Assembly (NCBI GenBank): GCA_963751275.1
Contig: CAVVTZ010000005.1
Location: 43,956-107,955, forward strand
Source of the DNA: an uncultured Gemmatimonadaceae bacterium
GTDB lineage: Bacteria; Gemmatimonadota; Gemmatimonadetes; Gemmatimonadales; Gemmatimonadaceae
Reading direction: 5' to 3'
DNA: 64,000 bases
The notes beneath the pieces are model-generated. The model saw only the letters and a program-made list of their open reading frames with translations, had not been told where the DNA came from and searched no databases. Positions 29,163-39,341 of the stretch are shown here, in pieces (the stretch's first letter is position 1; each line of letters starts with the position of its first letter). Position numbers and translations under genes: made by a program.

Positions 29163-31029
29163 CTAGAGTAGACTGCCGACATCGAGGATCAGCGACGGCG
29201 CCCCATCCGAGAGGATCGTGGCCCCGCTGAACAGTGCCATCCCGCCGCGCACCGGATCGAACTGCTTGACCACGATGTCCTGCTGTCCGGCCAGTTCATC
29301 CACCACGAGCGCGGCGTGCTTCTCGCCGACCTCCACGATCACCACCTGCTGCATCGGCGCCGCCGAGGCGGCCAGCGACAGCCGGTTCCGCAGCCGCACC
29401 ACCGGCAGCACGTCCTCGCGCAGGATGATGGCCTCGCGGCCGCGCACGGTGCGCACGCTCGCCGCATCCAGCTCCACCGTCTCGGTCACGTGCGTCATCG
29501 GCACGGCGTACGTCTCCTCGCCCACCTTGGCGAGCATCGCCCGCACGATCGCGAGCGTGAGCGGCAGCCGCGCGGTGACGGTGGTGCCTTCGCCCGACAC
29601 CGTCCTGATCTCGACCGATCCGCCCAGCGCGCGCACGCGCGTGAGCACCACGTCGATCCCTACGCCGCGTCCCGACAGATCGGTCACCCGCTCCGCCGTC
29701 GAGAAGCCCGGGCGCGAGATGAGCCGCACGAGCTCCTCGTCCGGCAGCGCTTTCACCGTCGAGAGCACGAGGCCCATCGTGCGCGCCTTCGCGAGCACCT
29801 TCGCCCGGTCGATCCCGCGGCCGTCGTCGCTCACGCGGATCGTGACCGCCGAGCGCTCGCGCGAGATCATGAGCTTGAGCGCGCCCTCGCGCGGCTTGCC
29901 CGCCGCCTCGCGCTCGGCCGGCATCTCGATCCCGTGGTCCACCGCGTTGCGCAGCAAGTGCATGATCGGCTCGCCGATCTCGTCGAGCATCGAGCGGTCG
30001 AGCTCGCTCTCCTGCCCCTCCACCGTGAACGAGACCTCCTTGTGCAGCGCCCGCGCCGCGTCGCGCACGAGGCGCGGGAAACGGTCGAACACCTGCGCCA
30101 CGGGCACCATGCGGCAGCGCATGATCTCGTCCTGCATCTCGCCGATGAGCCGCGCGCCCTGCGCGACAGTCTCCTCGAGCGCGGGATCGCCCGCCGCGCC
30201 GGCCATCTGCTGCAGCTGCCCGCGCGCGATCACGAGCTCGCCCACCAGGTTCATCAACGCATCGAGGCGCGTGAGCTCGATGCGCACGTGTCGCGTGCCG
30301 CCCGCCGACGGTTCGGCCGCGGGCGCGACGCTCACCGCGGCGCCGTCGATCGTCACGCTCGCGACGTCCCCCGCCGTGCGCAGCGCCTCCGCCACCAACG
30401 AAGGCTCCACGCTCGGCGCGAGACGGATCGTGAACTCGCGCTCGAATTCTTCGCGCTGCAGCGCCGCCAGCGCGGGTTCCACCGCCACCACCTTCCCGTA
30501 CTCCGCCGCCCGCTTCACCACCAGGAACGCCCGCGCCCCCTTGAGCGCGATCCCCTCCTTCAGCACGACGCGAATGCTGATCCCGCGCTTGCCGCGGTAC
30601 TTCGCGACCTTCGCCTCGGGCTTGCGCCGGCCGGCAGCCGCCGGCCGCGCCCCTTCGGCGTAGTCCTTGAGCTTCCGAGCCATCGCCAGCGCCGCCGGAT
30701 CGTCGGCCTTCCCCGCCACCGCCGACGCGATCGCCTTCTCCAACGCGTCCACGCCCTTGAACAGCAGGTCCATCAGGTCGGGTGTCACCCGGCGCACCTT
30801 CTGCCGCACGCCGTCGAGCAGCGACTCCAGTCTCGTGCGCCAGCGCCGTCACGCCGGTGTAGCCCATCGTCGCGCTCATCCCCTTCACGCTGTGCACCGC
30901 GCGGAACATCCACGCCACCGGCTCGGTGGCGCGCGGCGCGCGCTCGAGCGAGAGCAGGAGATGGTTGATCGCCGAGAGCTGCTCGCGGCTCTCCGTGCGG
31001 AACAGGTCGGCGTAGCGCGTGAGGTCCAT
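29163..31029 (-). CDS. cheA: Chemotaxis histidine kinase (frameshift ~30832)
   Basis: Hpt FRAVHSVKGM; P2-like domain; HLLRNAVDHG, DDGRGI, GFST, SGRGVG; CheW-like P5. Confidence 0.95.
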
Positions 31030-31047
31030 GCGGCCGGCCCCGGAACG

Positions 31048-31416
31048 TCAGCGCGAGCCGACACCCGCTGCACGGCCTCCAGCACGCGGCTCGGCTGGAA
31101 CGGCTTCACCACGAAGTCCTTCGCGCCCGCCTGGATCGCCTCCACCACGAGCGCCTGCTGGCCCATGGCGCTGCACATGAGGATCCTCGCGTTCGGATCG
31201 AACTTCGTGATCTCGCGCACGGCATCGATGCCGCCCATGTCGGGCATCACGATGTCCATCGTGACGAGGTCGGGCTGAAGCTTGCGTATACTGCGCCACG
31301 GCCTGCGCCCCCGTCTCGGCTTCGCCGACGACGTCGAAGCCCGACTGCTGGAGGATGTCGCTGATCATCGTCCGCATGAAGATCGCGTCGTCACAGACCA
31401 GTACCGTATGGGACAC
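31048..31416 (-). CDS. cheY: CheY response regulator (frameshifts ~31280 and ~31060)
   Basis: VLVCDDAIFMR, TMDIVMP, MCSAMGQQ, DFVVKPF. Confidence 0.9.
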   Translation of the reverse strand: MSHTVLVCDDAIFMRTMISDILQQSGFDVVGEAETGAQAVAQYTQASARPRHDGHRDARHGRHRCRARDHEVRSEREDPHVQRHGPAGARGGGDPGGREGLRGEAVPAEPRAGGRAAGVGSR

Positions 31417-31429
31417 CGTTACCTCTCGG

Positions 31430-31876
31430 TTAAGCGAGCACGTGCGAGAGAAGATCATGAATGTCGAGCACGATCACGACGCCGCCCTCATGCGTGCCGA
31501 GGGCGCGCACCGCGCCGCCGGCCTGCACGTCGAGCGGCGCCGGCTCCAGCCCTGCGTCCGGCGCGGCCTGCACCTCCAGCACCTCGTCCACCATCGCCCC
31601 CACCAGCTTCGGCCCATGCTCGATCAGCATCACCGCGCCGCCCGCCGGCGCGGTGCGCACCTTGAGCGCCACACCGAGATCGATCACCGTCACGATCGCG
31701 CCGCGCACGTTGAGCAGCCCCACCACCGACTTCGGCGCGCCGGGCAGGCGCGTCGCCGGCCGCGTGCGCAGGATCTCGCGCACCGCGCCCAGGTCGATCC
31801 CGTACGACGTGTCCCCCAGCCGGAAGACCACCAGCCGGCGGGCGGAGATGTCAGTCGGAGACACGGTAGAAGCCAA
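31430..31876 (-). CDS. cheW: CheW
   Basis: LVVFRLG..VREIL..GLLNVRGAIVTVIDL..VDEVLEV. Confidence 0.9.
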   Translation of the reverse strand: MASTVSPTDISARRLVVFRLGDTSYGIDLGAVREILRTRPATRLPGAPKSVVGLLNVRGAIVTVIDLGVALKVRTAPAGGAVMLIEHGPKLVGAMVDEVLEVQAAPDAGLEPAPLDVQAGGAVRALGTHEGGVVIVLDIHDLLSHVLA

Positions 31877-32863
31877 ATTGGGCCAGCGGATCCGGGTCGA
31901 GTGGCGTGTCCGTCCCCGCGGCCGCAGCGAGCGAGCGCGCGAGGTCCTCGGGCAGCGGAGCGCGGAGATCGATCGACTCCCCGGTCACCGGATGCGGAAA
32001 GATCAGCCAGGCCGCGTGGAGGAAGTGTCGCTTCGGCGGCAGCGCCAGCAGACGCCGCGCCCCGCCTCCGCCGTACACGTCATCTCCCGCCACCGGATGG
32101 CCGATCGACGCGAGATGGACGCGGATCTGATGCGTGCGCCCCGTGTGCAGATGCGCGCGCAACAGATCAGCTGCGTCGAACCGGGCGAGCCGGACGAAAT
32201 CCGTCCGCGCCGCCCTTCCGGTACTGACGATTGCCATGCGCCTTCGGTCTCGCGGACTGCGCGCGACCGGACGGTCCACCGTGATCCGGTCCGTCTCGAG
32301 GTGCCCCCACGCCAGAGCGGCATAGCGCCGCGACGATCTTCCGTTGCGCGATCGCCCCCGAGAGCGCCTGTGCGCGCGGTCGGTCTTCGCGACCACCAGG
32401 AGCCCCGACGTGTCCTTGTCGAGGCGGTGGACGATCCCCGCCCGCTCGCCGCCGGCGGCCGCCGCCAGCGCGCTGGCCGCGCCCCTTGAGCGCGTTCACG
32501 AGCGTGCCCGTCCAGTTCCCGGGCGCCGGATGCACGACCATCCCCGCCGGCTTGTCCACGACGAGCACATCCGTCGTCCTCGAAGACGATCGTGAGCGGG
32601 AAGTTTCTCCGCGCCCACCTCGCGCGCGCGCGCTCGCTGGGATCTCCACCACGATCACGTCGCCCGGCTCGGCCTGGAAGCTCGCCTTCTCGCGCTTCCC
32701 CGTCGACGAGCACGGCTCCCGTCGCGATCAGCGTCGCCGCCTGCGTGCGGGAGAGGTCGAGCCGGCGGGCGACGAGCAGATCGAGGCGGACATCGCTGTC
32801 CGCCTCGGCCGTCCACTGCTCGCGGCGCCCGGGCACGAGGCCCGGCGCGGGCGGCTCGCTCAT
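31851..32863 (-). CDS. RluA/RluD-family pseudouridine synthase (several frameshifts)
   Basis: S4-like RLDLL, VVDKPAGMVVHPAPG, HRLDKDTSG (frame-shifted), TGRTHQIRVH, FLHA. Confidence 0.88.
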
Positions 32864-33401
32864 GTGCTGCGCTCGGAGATCACCGACGGCGTCCCGCCCG
32901 GCACGTGCGAGCCCTGCTCCTTCCTGCCAGAGCACGCAGCGCGAGCAGCACCGCGCCGCAGCTCACGCGCCATGTCCGCCACGTTGAACGTCGGCCAGCG
33001 CGAGCGCGCCGACGCCGACGTCGATGAAGTCCACGACGCCCGCGCCGAGCGCAGCCGGTCGATCAGGTTGCCGAGCGCGCCGCCGCACGACGATCGCGAG
33101 CGCGGAGACGCGGCACCAGTCGCCCGCGCTGCGTGTGCGGAGCATCCCACGAGGATGACGATCGCGCCACGGTGAGCACGATGAAGATCCAGCGCGACCA
33201 GGCGCCGAGGTAGAGCCCGAACGCCGCGCCCTGGTTGTAGACCAGGCGCAGCTGGATCGCAGTCGCCGATCACCTGCGCGCGGCACGTAGCGACGGCACG
33301 AGCTCCGCGACCGCGAGCAGCTTCGTGATGACATCGGCGACGCACGATCACCGAGGCGATCCACGCCGAAGAGGAGGCGCGTTACGCCTGCTTCTTGCCA
33401 T
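32860..33401 (-). CDS. lspA: Lipoprotein signal peptidase II (several frameshifts; start approximate)
   Basis: Fragments DVITK, YNQGAAFG, GGALGNLIDR, VVDFIDVG, WPTFNVAD. Confidence 0.85.
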
Positions 33402-33807
33402 TCTCTTCCCGCTGCTTGCAGGCGATGCAGAAGCGCGCGTGCGGCAGCGCGTCGAGCCGGTCGAAGTCGATCTCCTCGCCGCAGCTGTGGCACTTGCCCG
33501 AACGTCTCGGGCGAGCGGTAGAGGCGGCGCAACGCCTCGTCGATGTGCCAGAGGAACCGCCCTTCCTGGCTCGCGAACAGGAACGCCTTCTCGCGCTCCA
33601 TGGCGTCGGTGCCCTGGTCGGCCATGTGGAACGAGTACGACGAGAGGTCGCCGTCGGCGCCCTGCGGCGTCGAGCCGAAGGTCTCGTCGTAGTGGCCGAG
33701 TTCCTTCAGCACGCGCTGACGCTCTTCGAGCAGCCGCTTCTCGAAGTGCGCGAGCTGCTTCTTGCTCATCGGCTTGAACTTCTCTTCGCCGCCCGTGTCG
33801 GCGCCAT
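33382..33807 (-). CDS. DksA/TraR C4 zinc-finger protein (frameshifted)
   Basis: HMADQGTDAMERE, IDEALRR, CHSC..RLDALPHARFCIAC. Confidence 0.85.
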
Positions 33808-33809
33808 CG

Positions 33810-36800
33810 TCAGCGTCCCTCGTGAGAGCGAGGTGTGCGGTCATGCCGTCGAGCTCGAGGGCGATGGCCGATGGATCGCCGAGAGAGCGTCGCGTGACAA
33901 CCGATCGTCTCGCGGGCGAGCACTTCGCCGGCGATCCACTGCCGGTGCTGCTCGCGCGACCGCCGCACGCGTCGGGGCCCGGCGACCTACAGCCGGATCC
34001 GGTCGCTCACCGCGAGCCCCGCGTCCTTCCGCAGCCGCTGCACGCGGCTCACGATTTCCCGTGCAATACCCTCGGCGCGCAGCTCCGGTGTCACGCGTCG
34101 TGTCGATCGCCGCGAAGACGCGCGCCGTCCTCCTGCACCACCAGCGTCGCCCGCTCGCGCGGCGGTGGATCGTGACGTCGTCGGCCGTGAGGCGGTGGTG
34201 CGTGCCGTCCACGCCGATGATCGACCGGCTCGCCGCGCTCGAAGCGCGCAGCATGTCCGTGGACGAGCGCGGCCACCGCCTGCGGCGGCGCGCGGCGTCG
34301 TCCTTGCCGAACCGCTGGCCGAGCGCGCGAAAGTTCGGCTTCGCCTCGAGCGACACGAGCGCGTCGGCGCTCGTCGCCAACTCCACCGACTTCACGTTCA
34401 GCTCTGCGGCCAGCAGCGGCACCAGCGCCGCACGAGTCGACGCCACCGGTCCGCGTGCCGCGGCAGCACGCAGACCATCCGGCGCGAGCGGCTGGCGCAC
34501 GTTGACGCCCGCCGTCCTCGCGCGCGCGCGCGGCCAGCGTGGCGAGCGTGCGCATCTCGCGCCATCGCCTGCTTCGAGGTCGGCGCCTCGGCGCAAACGG
34601 CAGCGGACGGACGTACGGCGCCACGTGCACCGACTCGCCGGTGAGCTCGCGGTGCATCCAGTCCGTGAGGAACGGCGCGAACGGCGCCAGCAGCCGGCAG
34701 TCACGATGAGCACCTCGTGCAGCGTCGCGAACGCCGCGCGGCTGTCCGGCGCTCGTCACGTCGTAGAACCGCTCGCGCGATTGAGCCGCACGTACCAGTT
34801 CGACACGTCGTCCGTCACGAACTCCATCACGACGCGCGCGGCGCGCCGTGGCGTCGTAGCCCGTCCAGCAGCGCGGTCGCCTCGCGCCTCGACCGTCGCG
34901 AGCCGCGAGAGCAGCCAGCGGTCCGGCGCGCGGCCGCGCCGCCGGCGCCGGATCGGCGCGGCGGGCGCCCAGCCAAGTCGGCGTACAGCGCGAAGAGGTC
35001 GTACAGGTTCTTGAGCGTGATCAGGAAGCGGCCCGCCGTCTCGCGGATCACCGACTCGTCGAAGCTGCGCGGCATCCACACCTGGCTCGAGGTGAGCAGG
35101 AACAGCCGCACCGCGTCGGCGCCGTGCTTCGCATCACCGCCATCGGCTCCACGACGTTGCCGCGGCTCTTCGACATCTTCTGCCCGTTCGCGTCGAGCAC
35201 CAGCTCGTTCACGACCACGTTCCGGTACGGCGATGCCAGCGGGTTCGCCGCGGTGCGCGGCGCCCGGCGCGGCGTCGTCGCGGCGCGTCCCGCGGCGGCC
35301 AGCGCGTCGCCGACGCCCGTCGCGATCGCGAGCAGCGAGTAGAACCACCCGCGCGTCTGGTCCACGCCCTCGGCGATGAAGTCCGCCGGGAAGTGCGCGC
35401 GCGAACTCGCTCTCGTTCTCGAACGGATAGTGCCACTGCGCGAACGGCATCGAGCCCGAGTCGAACCAGGTGTCGATCACCTCGCGGCGCGCGGCGCATC
35501 GTGCCGCCGCCCGCGTGCGCGCGGCCACGTGTACGCGTCGATGAACGGCTTGTGCGGATCGAAATCGGCCGGCAGCGCGCTGCCCCGATCGCGCCGCGAG
35601 CTCGGCGTAGCTGCCCGATCACCTCGACGTGCCGCGGATCCGCGTCGCACACCCACACCGGGAGCGGCGTGCCCCAGTAGCGGTCGCGCGAGAGCGCCCA
35701 GTCGACGTTGTTCTCCAGCCACTCGCCGAAGCGCCCGCTGCCCGACCTCCGGCGGGTGCCAGTCGATCGCGCGCGTTGAGCGCGAGCATCCGGTCCTTGA
35801 CCGCCGTCGTGCGGACGAACCACGACTCGCGCGCGTAGTAGAGCAGCGGCGTGTCGCAGCGCCAGCAGTGCGGATAGGAGTGCTCGATCGTGCCCGCTTT
35901 CCAGAGCACGCCGCGCCCTTCAGCTCCTCGATGATCGCCGGCGTCGGCGTCCTTCACGAACATGCCCGCCGACCACGGGCAGGTCCGCCGGGAATTCGCC
36001 CGCGCGTCGTCCACCGGGCTGCAGCAGCGCCAGCCCGTGCCGCTTGCCCGCCGCGTAGTCGTCCGCGCCGAACGCCGGCGCCATGTGCACCACCCCGCTG
36101 CCGTCCTCCGCCGACACGAAGATCTCGCCGACGATGATCTCGTGTCTCGCCCTCGGGATACGGCAGCCAGTCGAGCGGACGCTTGTACGTGCGGCCCGAC
36201 GAGCTCAGTGCCCGGGAATCGCGACACGATCTCCCACCGATCCGCCCAGTCCTCGCCGAGCACGGCCGGCGCGCGCGATTCGGCCATGATGAGACCGGGC
36301 TCGCTCTTCGCCTTGCGCTTGACCTCGACGTACGTGAACTCCGGATTCACCGCGAGCGCGACGTTCGAGACGAGCGTCCACGGCGTCGTGGTCCACACGA
36401 GGATTCGGACCGGACTCGGTCGATTCCGACTCCCGACTCCCGAACAGGCTCAAGCTCGAGCATCAGGTACACGCTCGGATCTTCGACGTCGTCGTACCCC
36501 TGCGCCACTTCGTGCGACGAGAGCGCCGTCCCGCACCGCGGGCAGTACGGCAGGATCTTGTGCCCGACGTACAGCAGCCCCCGCGTCGTGCAGCGTCTGC
36601 GAGCGCCCACCACACACTCTCGATGTAGTCGTTCGAGTACGTGACGTACGGATCGGAGTAGTCGAGCCAGTAGCCGATGCGCGCGCTCAGCCGCTCCCAC
36701 TCGCCCTTGTACTTCCACACGCTCTCGCGGCACTTCGCGTTGAACTCCGCCACGCCGTACTTCTCGATCTCGGGCTTGCCGTTGAGGCCGAGCTGCTTTC

Positions 36801-37102
36801 TCGACCTCGATCTCCACCGGCAGCCCGTGCGTGTCCCAGCCCGCTTTGCGCAGCACGTGGCGTCCCTTCATCACCTGGTAGCGGCAGAAGAGATCCTTGA
36901 TCGTGCGCGAGAACACGTGGTGGATGCCGGGGCGGCCGTTCGCCGTGGGCGGGCCCTCGAAGAAGACGAAGTCCTTCGCGCCCTCGCGCTCGCGGATCGT
37001 GCGCGCGAGCAGATCCTCCGCCGTCCAGCGGGCGAGCATCTCGAGCTCCAGCGCGTCGGCGGTCTGGTCCGCGGGGGGAACGCGGAAACGGGGCGCGGTC
37101 AC
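33810..37102 (-). CDS. ileS: Isoleucyl-tRNA synthetase, type 2 (many frameshifts)
   Basis: [61 protein letters not shown]. Confidence 0.93.
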
Positions 37103-37979
37103 AGGCGCTCCAGCACGCCGCGCACGAGCGCCGTGAGTTGGGTTCGGCCGCATTCGCCACCGCGACGATCCGCTCGAGCGTCACCGGCTCGAGCGTGTCG
37201 GGGATGCACAGATCGGTGATCATCGAGATGCCGAGCACCTTCATCCCGCCGTGCACCGCGACGATCACCTCGGGCACGGTGGACATCCCCACCACGTCCG
37301 CGCCGAGCGCGCGCAGCATGCGGTACTCCGCGCGCGTCTCGAAGCTCGGCCCCGTCACCGCGGCGTAGACGCCCTCGCGCAGCGTGATCGCCGTTCTGCC
37401 GTCGCCACGCGCGCGCGCGATCGCGCAACGCCCGCGTCGTACGGCGCGGACATGTCGGGGAAGCGCGGGCCCAGCGACGTCGTCGTTCGGGCCGATCAGC
37501 GGATTGTCGCCGAGCAGGTTGATGTGATCGCCGATGAGCATCAGATCGCCGGCGCGATATTCGGGATTCAGCGCGCCGCACGCGTTGGAGACGATCAGCG
37601 TGCGCGCGCCGAGTTCGCGCATCACGCGCACCGGGAAGCTCACCTGCTGCGCGGTGTAGCCCTCGTACAAATGGAAGCGCCCTTGCATCGCGACGACGCT
37701 CTTCCCGCCGAGCGTGCCGCCAATGAGCCGGCCCGCGTGCGACTCCACGGTGGAGAGCGGGAATCCGGGGATCGACTCGTACTCGATCGCGACGGGATCC
37801 GCGATCTCGCGCGCGAGCGCGCCCAGTCCCGTGCCGAGGATGATGCCGACGGCGGGCGCAACGGCGAAGCGGTCGCGCACCGCGGCGGCCGCGACAGCGA
37901 TCGCGGCCCGCGTGTGAGCATGCTGGGGAGGCGCGACGCCGAGCGTCCGGGGGTCGTCGAGCCTGTACGGCTGCTTCAT
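37099..37979 (-). CDS. punA: Purine nucleoside phosphorylase (frameshifted)
   Basis: IILGTGLG, GRFHLYEG, DHINL, GPSFETRAE, VGMSTVPE. Confidence 0.92.
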
Positions 37980-38650
37980 TCCTTGACGAGCGACTCCAGC
38001 CAGGCGGGGGTCTTCACGTGGCCGCGCGTGTCGGTCGCGGCCTCGCTCTCCGCGCTCGCGCGCCGCGGAGCCGCCGGAGCCGCCGGAGCCGGCGGCGCCG
38101 GCGGTGCGCCGGACGCGGCGGGCGCAGCCGGAGCAGCGGGTGCGGCGGGATTCGCCGGAGCCGCGGGCTTCGCCGGTGCCGCCGGCGGCGCGTGCAGCGC
38201 GCCGAGCTCCGCGAGCTGCCGCTCGATCACCGCGCGCAGTTGCGCGATGTACGTCACGCGCGACTTGTCGAGCCCGACCAATTCCGATTCGAGCCGCCGC
38301 ACTTCCCCCTTCGCCGCATCCACGAGACGCTCAGCATCCGCGCGCGCCTCGCGCAGGATCAGCTGCGCTTCGCGGTCGGCCTGCTCGCGCATCTCGGAGC
38401 GCAGCTGCTGCGCGCTCACGAGCGCGTCGTTCAGCGCCTTGTCGCGCTCGCGGAACGCGCGCAGCTGCTCGTGGAAGCCGCGCGCCTTCGCGTCGAGCTC
38501 CTGGTTCAGCTTCGTCAGACGCTCGAGCTCGTCGGCCACCTGATTGCGGAAGTCCTCGACCTTCTGCGCGTCAAAGCCGCGGAAGGCCTTGCTCCCGAAA
38601 TCGTAGCGCCGGATGTCGAGCGGGGTCAGATGGAAAGATTCGTCGGTCAT
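37976..38650 (-). CDS. divIVA: DivIVA-domain protein
   Basis: LTPLDIRRYDF..FRGFDAQKVEDF, long coiled coil, Pro/Ala-rich tail. Confidence 0.88.
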   Translation of the reverse strand: MTDESFHLTPLDIRRYDFGSKAFRGFDAQKVEDFRNQVADELERLTKLNQELDAKARGFHEQLRAFRERDKALNDALVSAQQLRSEMREQADREAQLILREARADAERLVDAAKGEVRRLESELVGLDKSRVTYIAQLRAVIERQLAELGALHAPPAAPAKPAAPANPAAPAAPAAPAASGAPPAPPAPAAPAAPRRASAESEAATDTRGHVKTPAWLESLVKE

Positions 38651-39330
38651 GTGCCTCTCGCTCCAAACAGGACGGTGCCCAACCGGACCATCGTCGCTCC
38701 TTCTTCCACCGCGATCTCGAAATCGTTCGACATGCCCATCGAGAGCACCGACGCCGGATGTCCGGCGGCGATCAACAGATCCCGGGCCTCGCGCGCGCCG
38801 CGGAACACCGTTCGCAGCGTGCGTTCGTTCGCATCGAGCGGCGCCATCGTCATCACACCCGCCACGCGCACGCCCGCCCTTCGCGTGAATCGTTCGGCCT
38901 CCGCCGCGAGTTCCGCGGGCGGGAAGCCGCCCTTCGATTCTTCGCCCACGACACTCACCTGCACCAGCGACTCGATCGCGCGATGCTGCGCCACGCCGAA
39001 CTCGCTGATCGCATCCGCCAGCCGCGCGCTGTCCACCGACTGCACGAGCGCGAAATGGCCGGTCTCCTTCACCTTGTTGCGCTGCAGGTGGCCGATGAGA
39101 TGCCACCGCACCGCGACTGTCACCGCATCCATCTTCGCGCGCGCTTCCTGCACGCGATTCTCACCCACATCGTGCAGGCCGGCGCCGTACGCCGCCTCGA
39201 CCGCGTCGGGACCGTGCGTCTTCGTCACCGCCACGATCGTGACGTGTTGCCCATGTCCGCCGCGGGACACCGCCGCTTCGATCCGGCCCTGCACCTCCGC
39301 CAGCCGGCCGGCGAGGTCCTGGAAATCCAT
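38647..39330 (-). CDS. yggS: PLP homeostasis protein
   Basis: AVTKT, GENRVQE, WHLIGHLQRNK, SMGMSNDF, VRLGTVLFG. Confidence 0.95.
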   Translation of the reverse strand: MDFQDLAGRLAEVQGRIEAAVSRGGHGQHVTIVAVTKTHGPDAVEAAYGAGLHDVGENRVQEARAKMDAVTVAVRWHLIGHLQRNKVKETGHFALVQSVDSARLADAISEFGVAQHRAIESLVQVSVVGEESKGGFPPAELAAEAERFTRRAGVRVAGVMTMAPLDANERTLRTVFRGAREARDLLIAAGHPASVLSMGMSNDFEIAVEEGATMVRLGTVLFGARGT

Positions 39331-39341
39331 AAGGCATTAAG

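Noticed and set aside
25836..29171. Long plus-strand ORFs (1111 aa and similar) antisense to real genes
   Set aside because: Shadow ORFs typical of high-GC DNA; Arg/Ala-rich with no recognisable motifs
2362..37979. Pseudogenes or programmed frameshifts
   Set aside because: Essential genes with intact motifs are hit and no common slippery sequence was seen; sequencing error is more parsimonious
38060..38190. GCCGGAGCC-like tandem repeats
   Set aside because: Explained by the Pro/Ala linker of DivIVA
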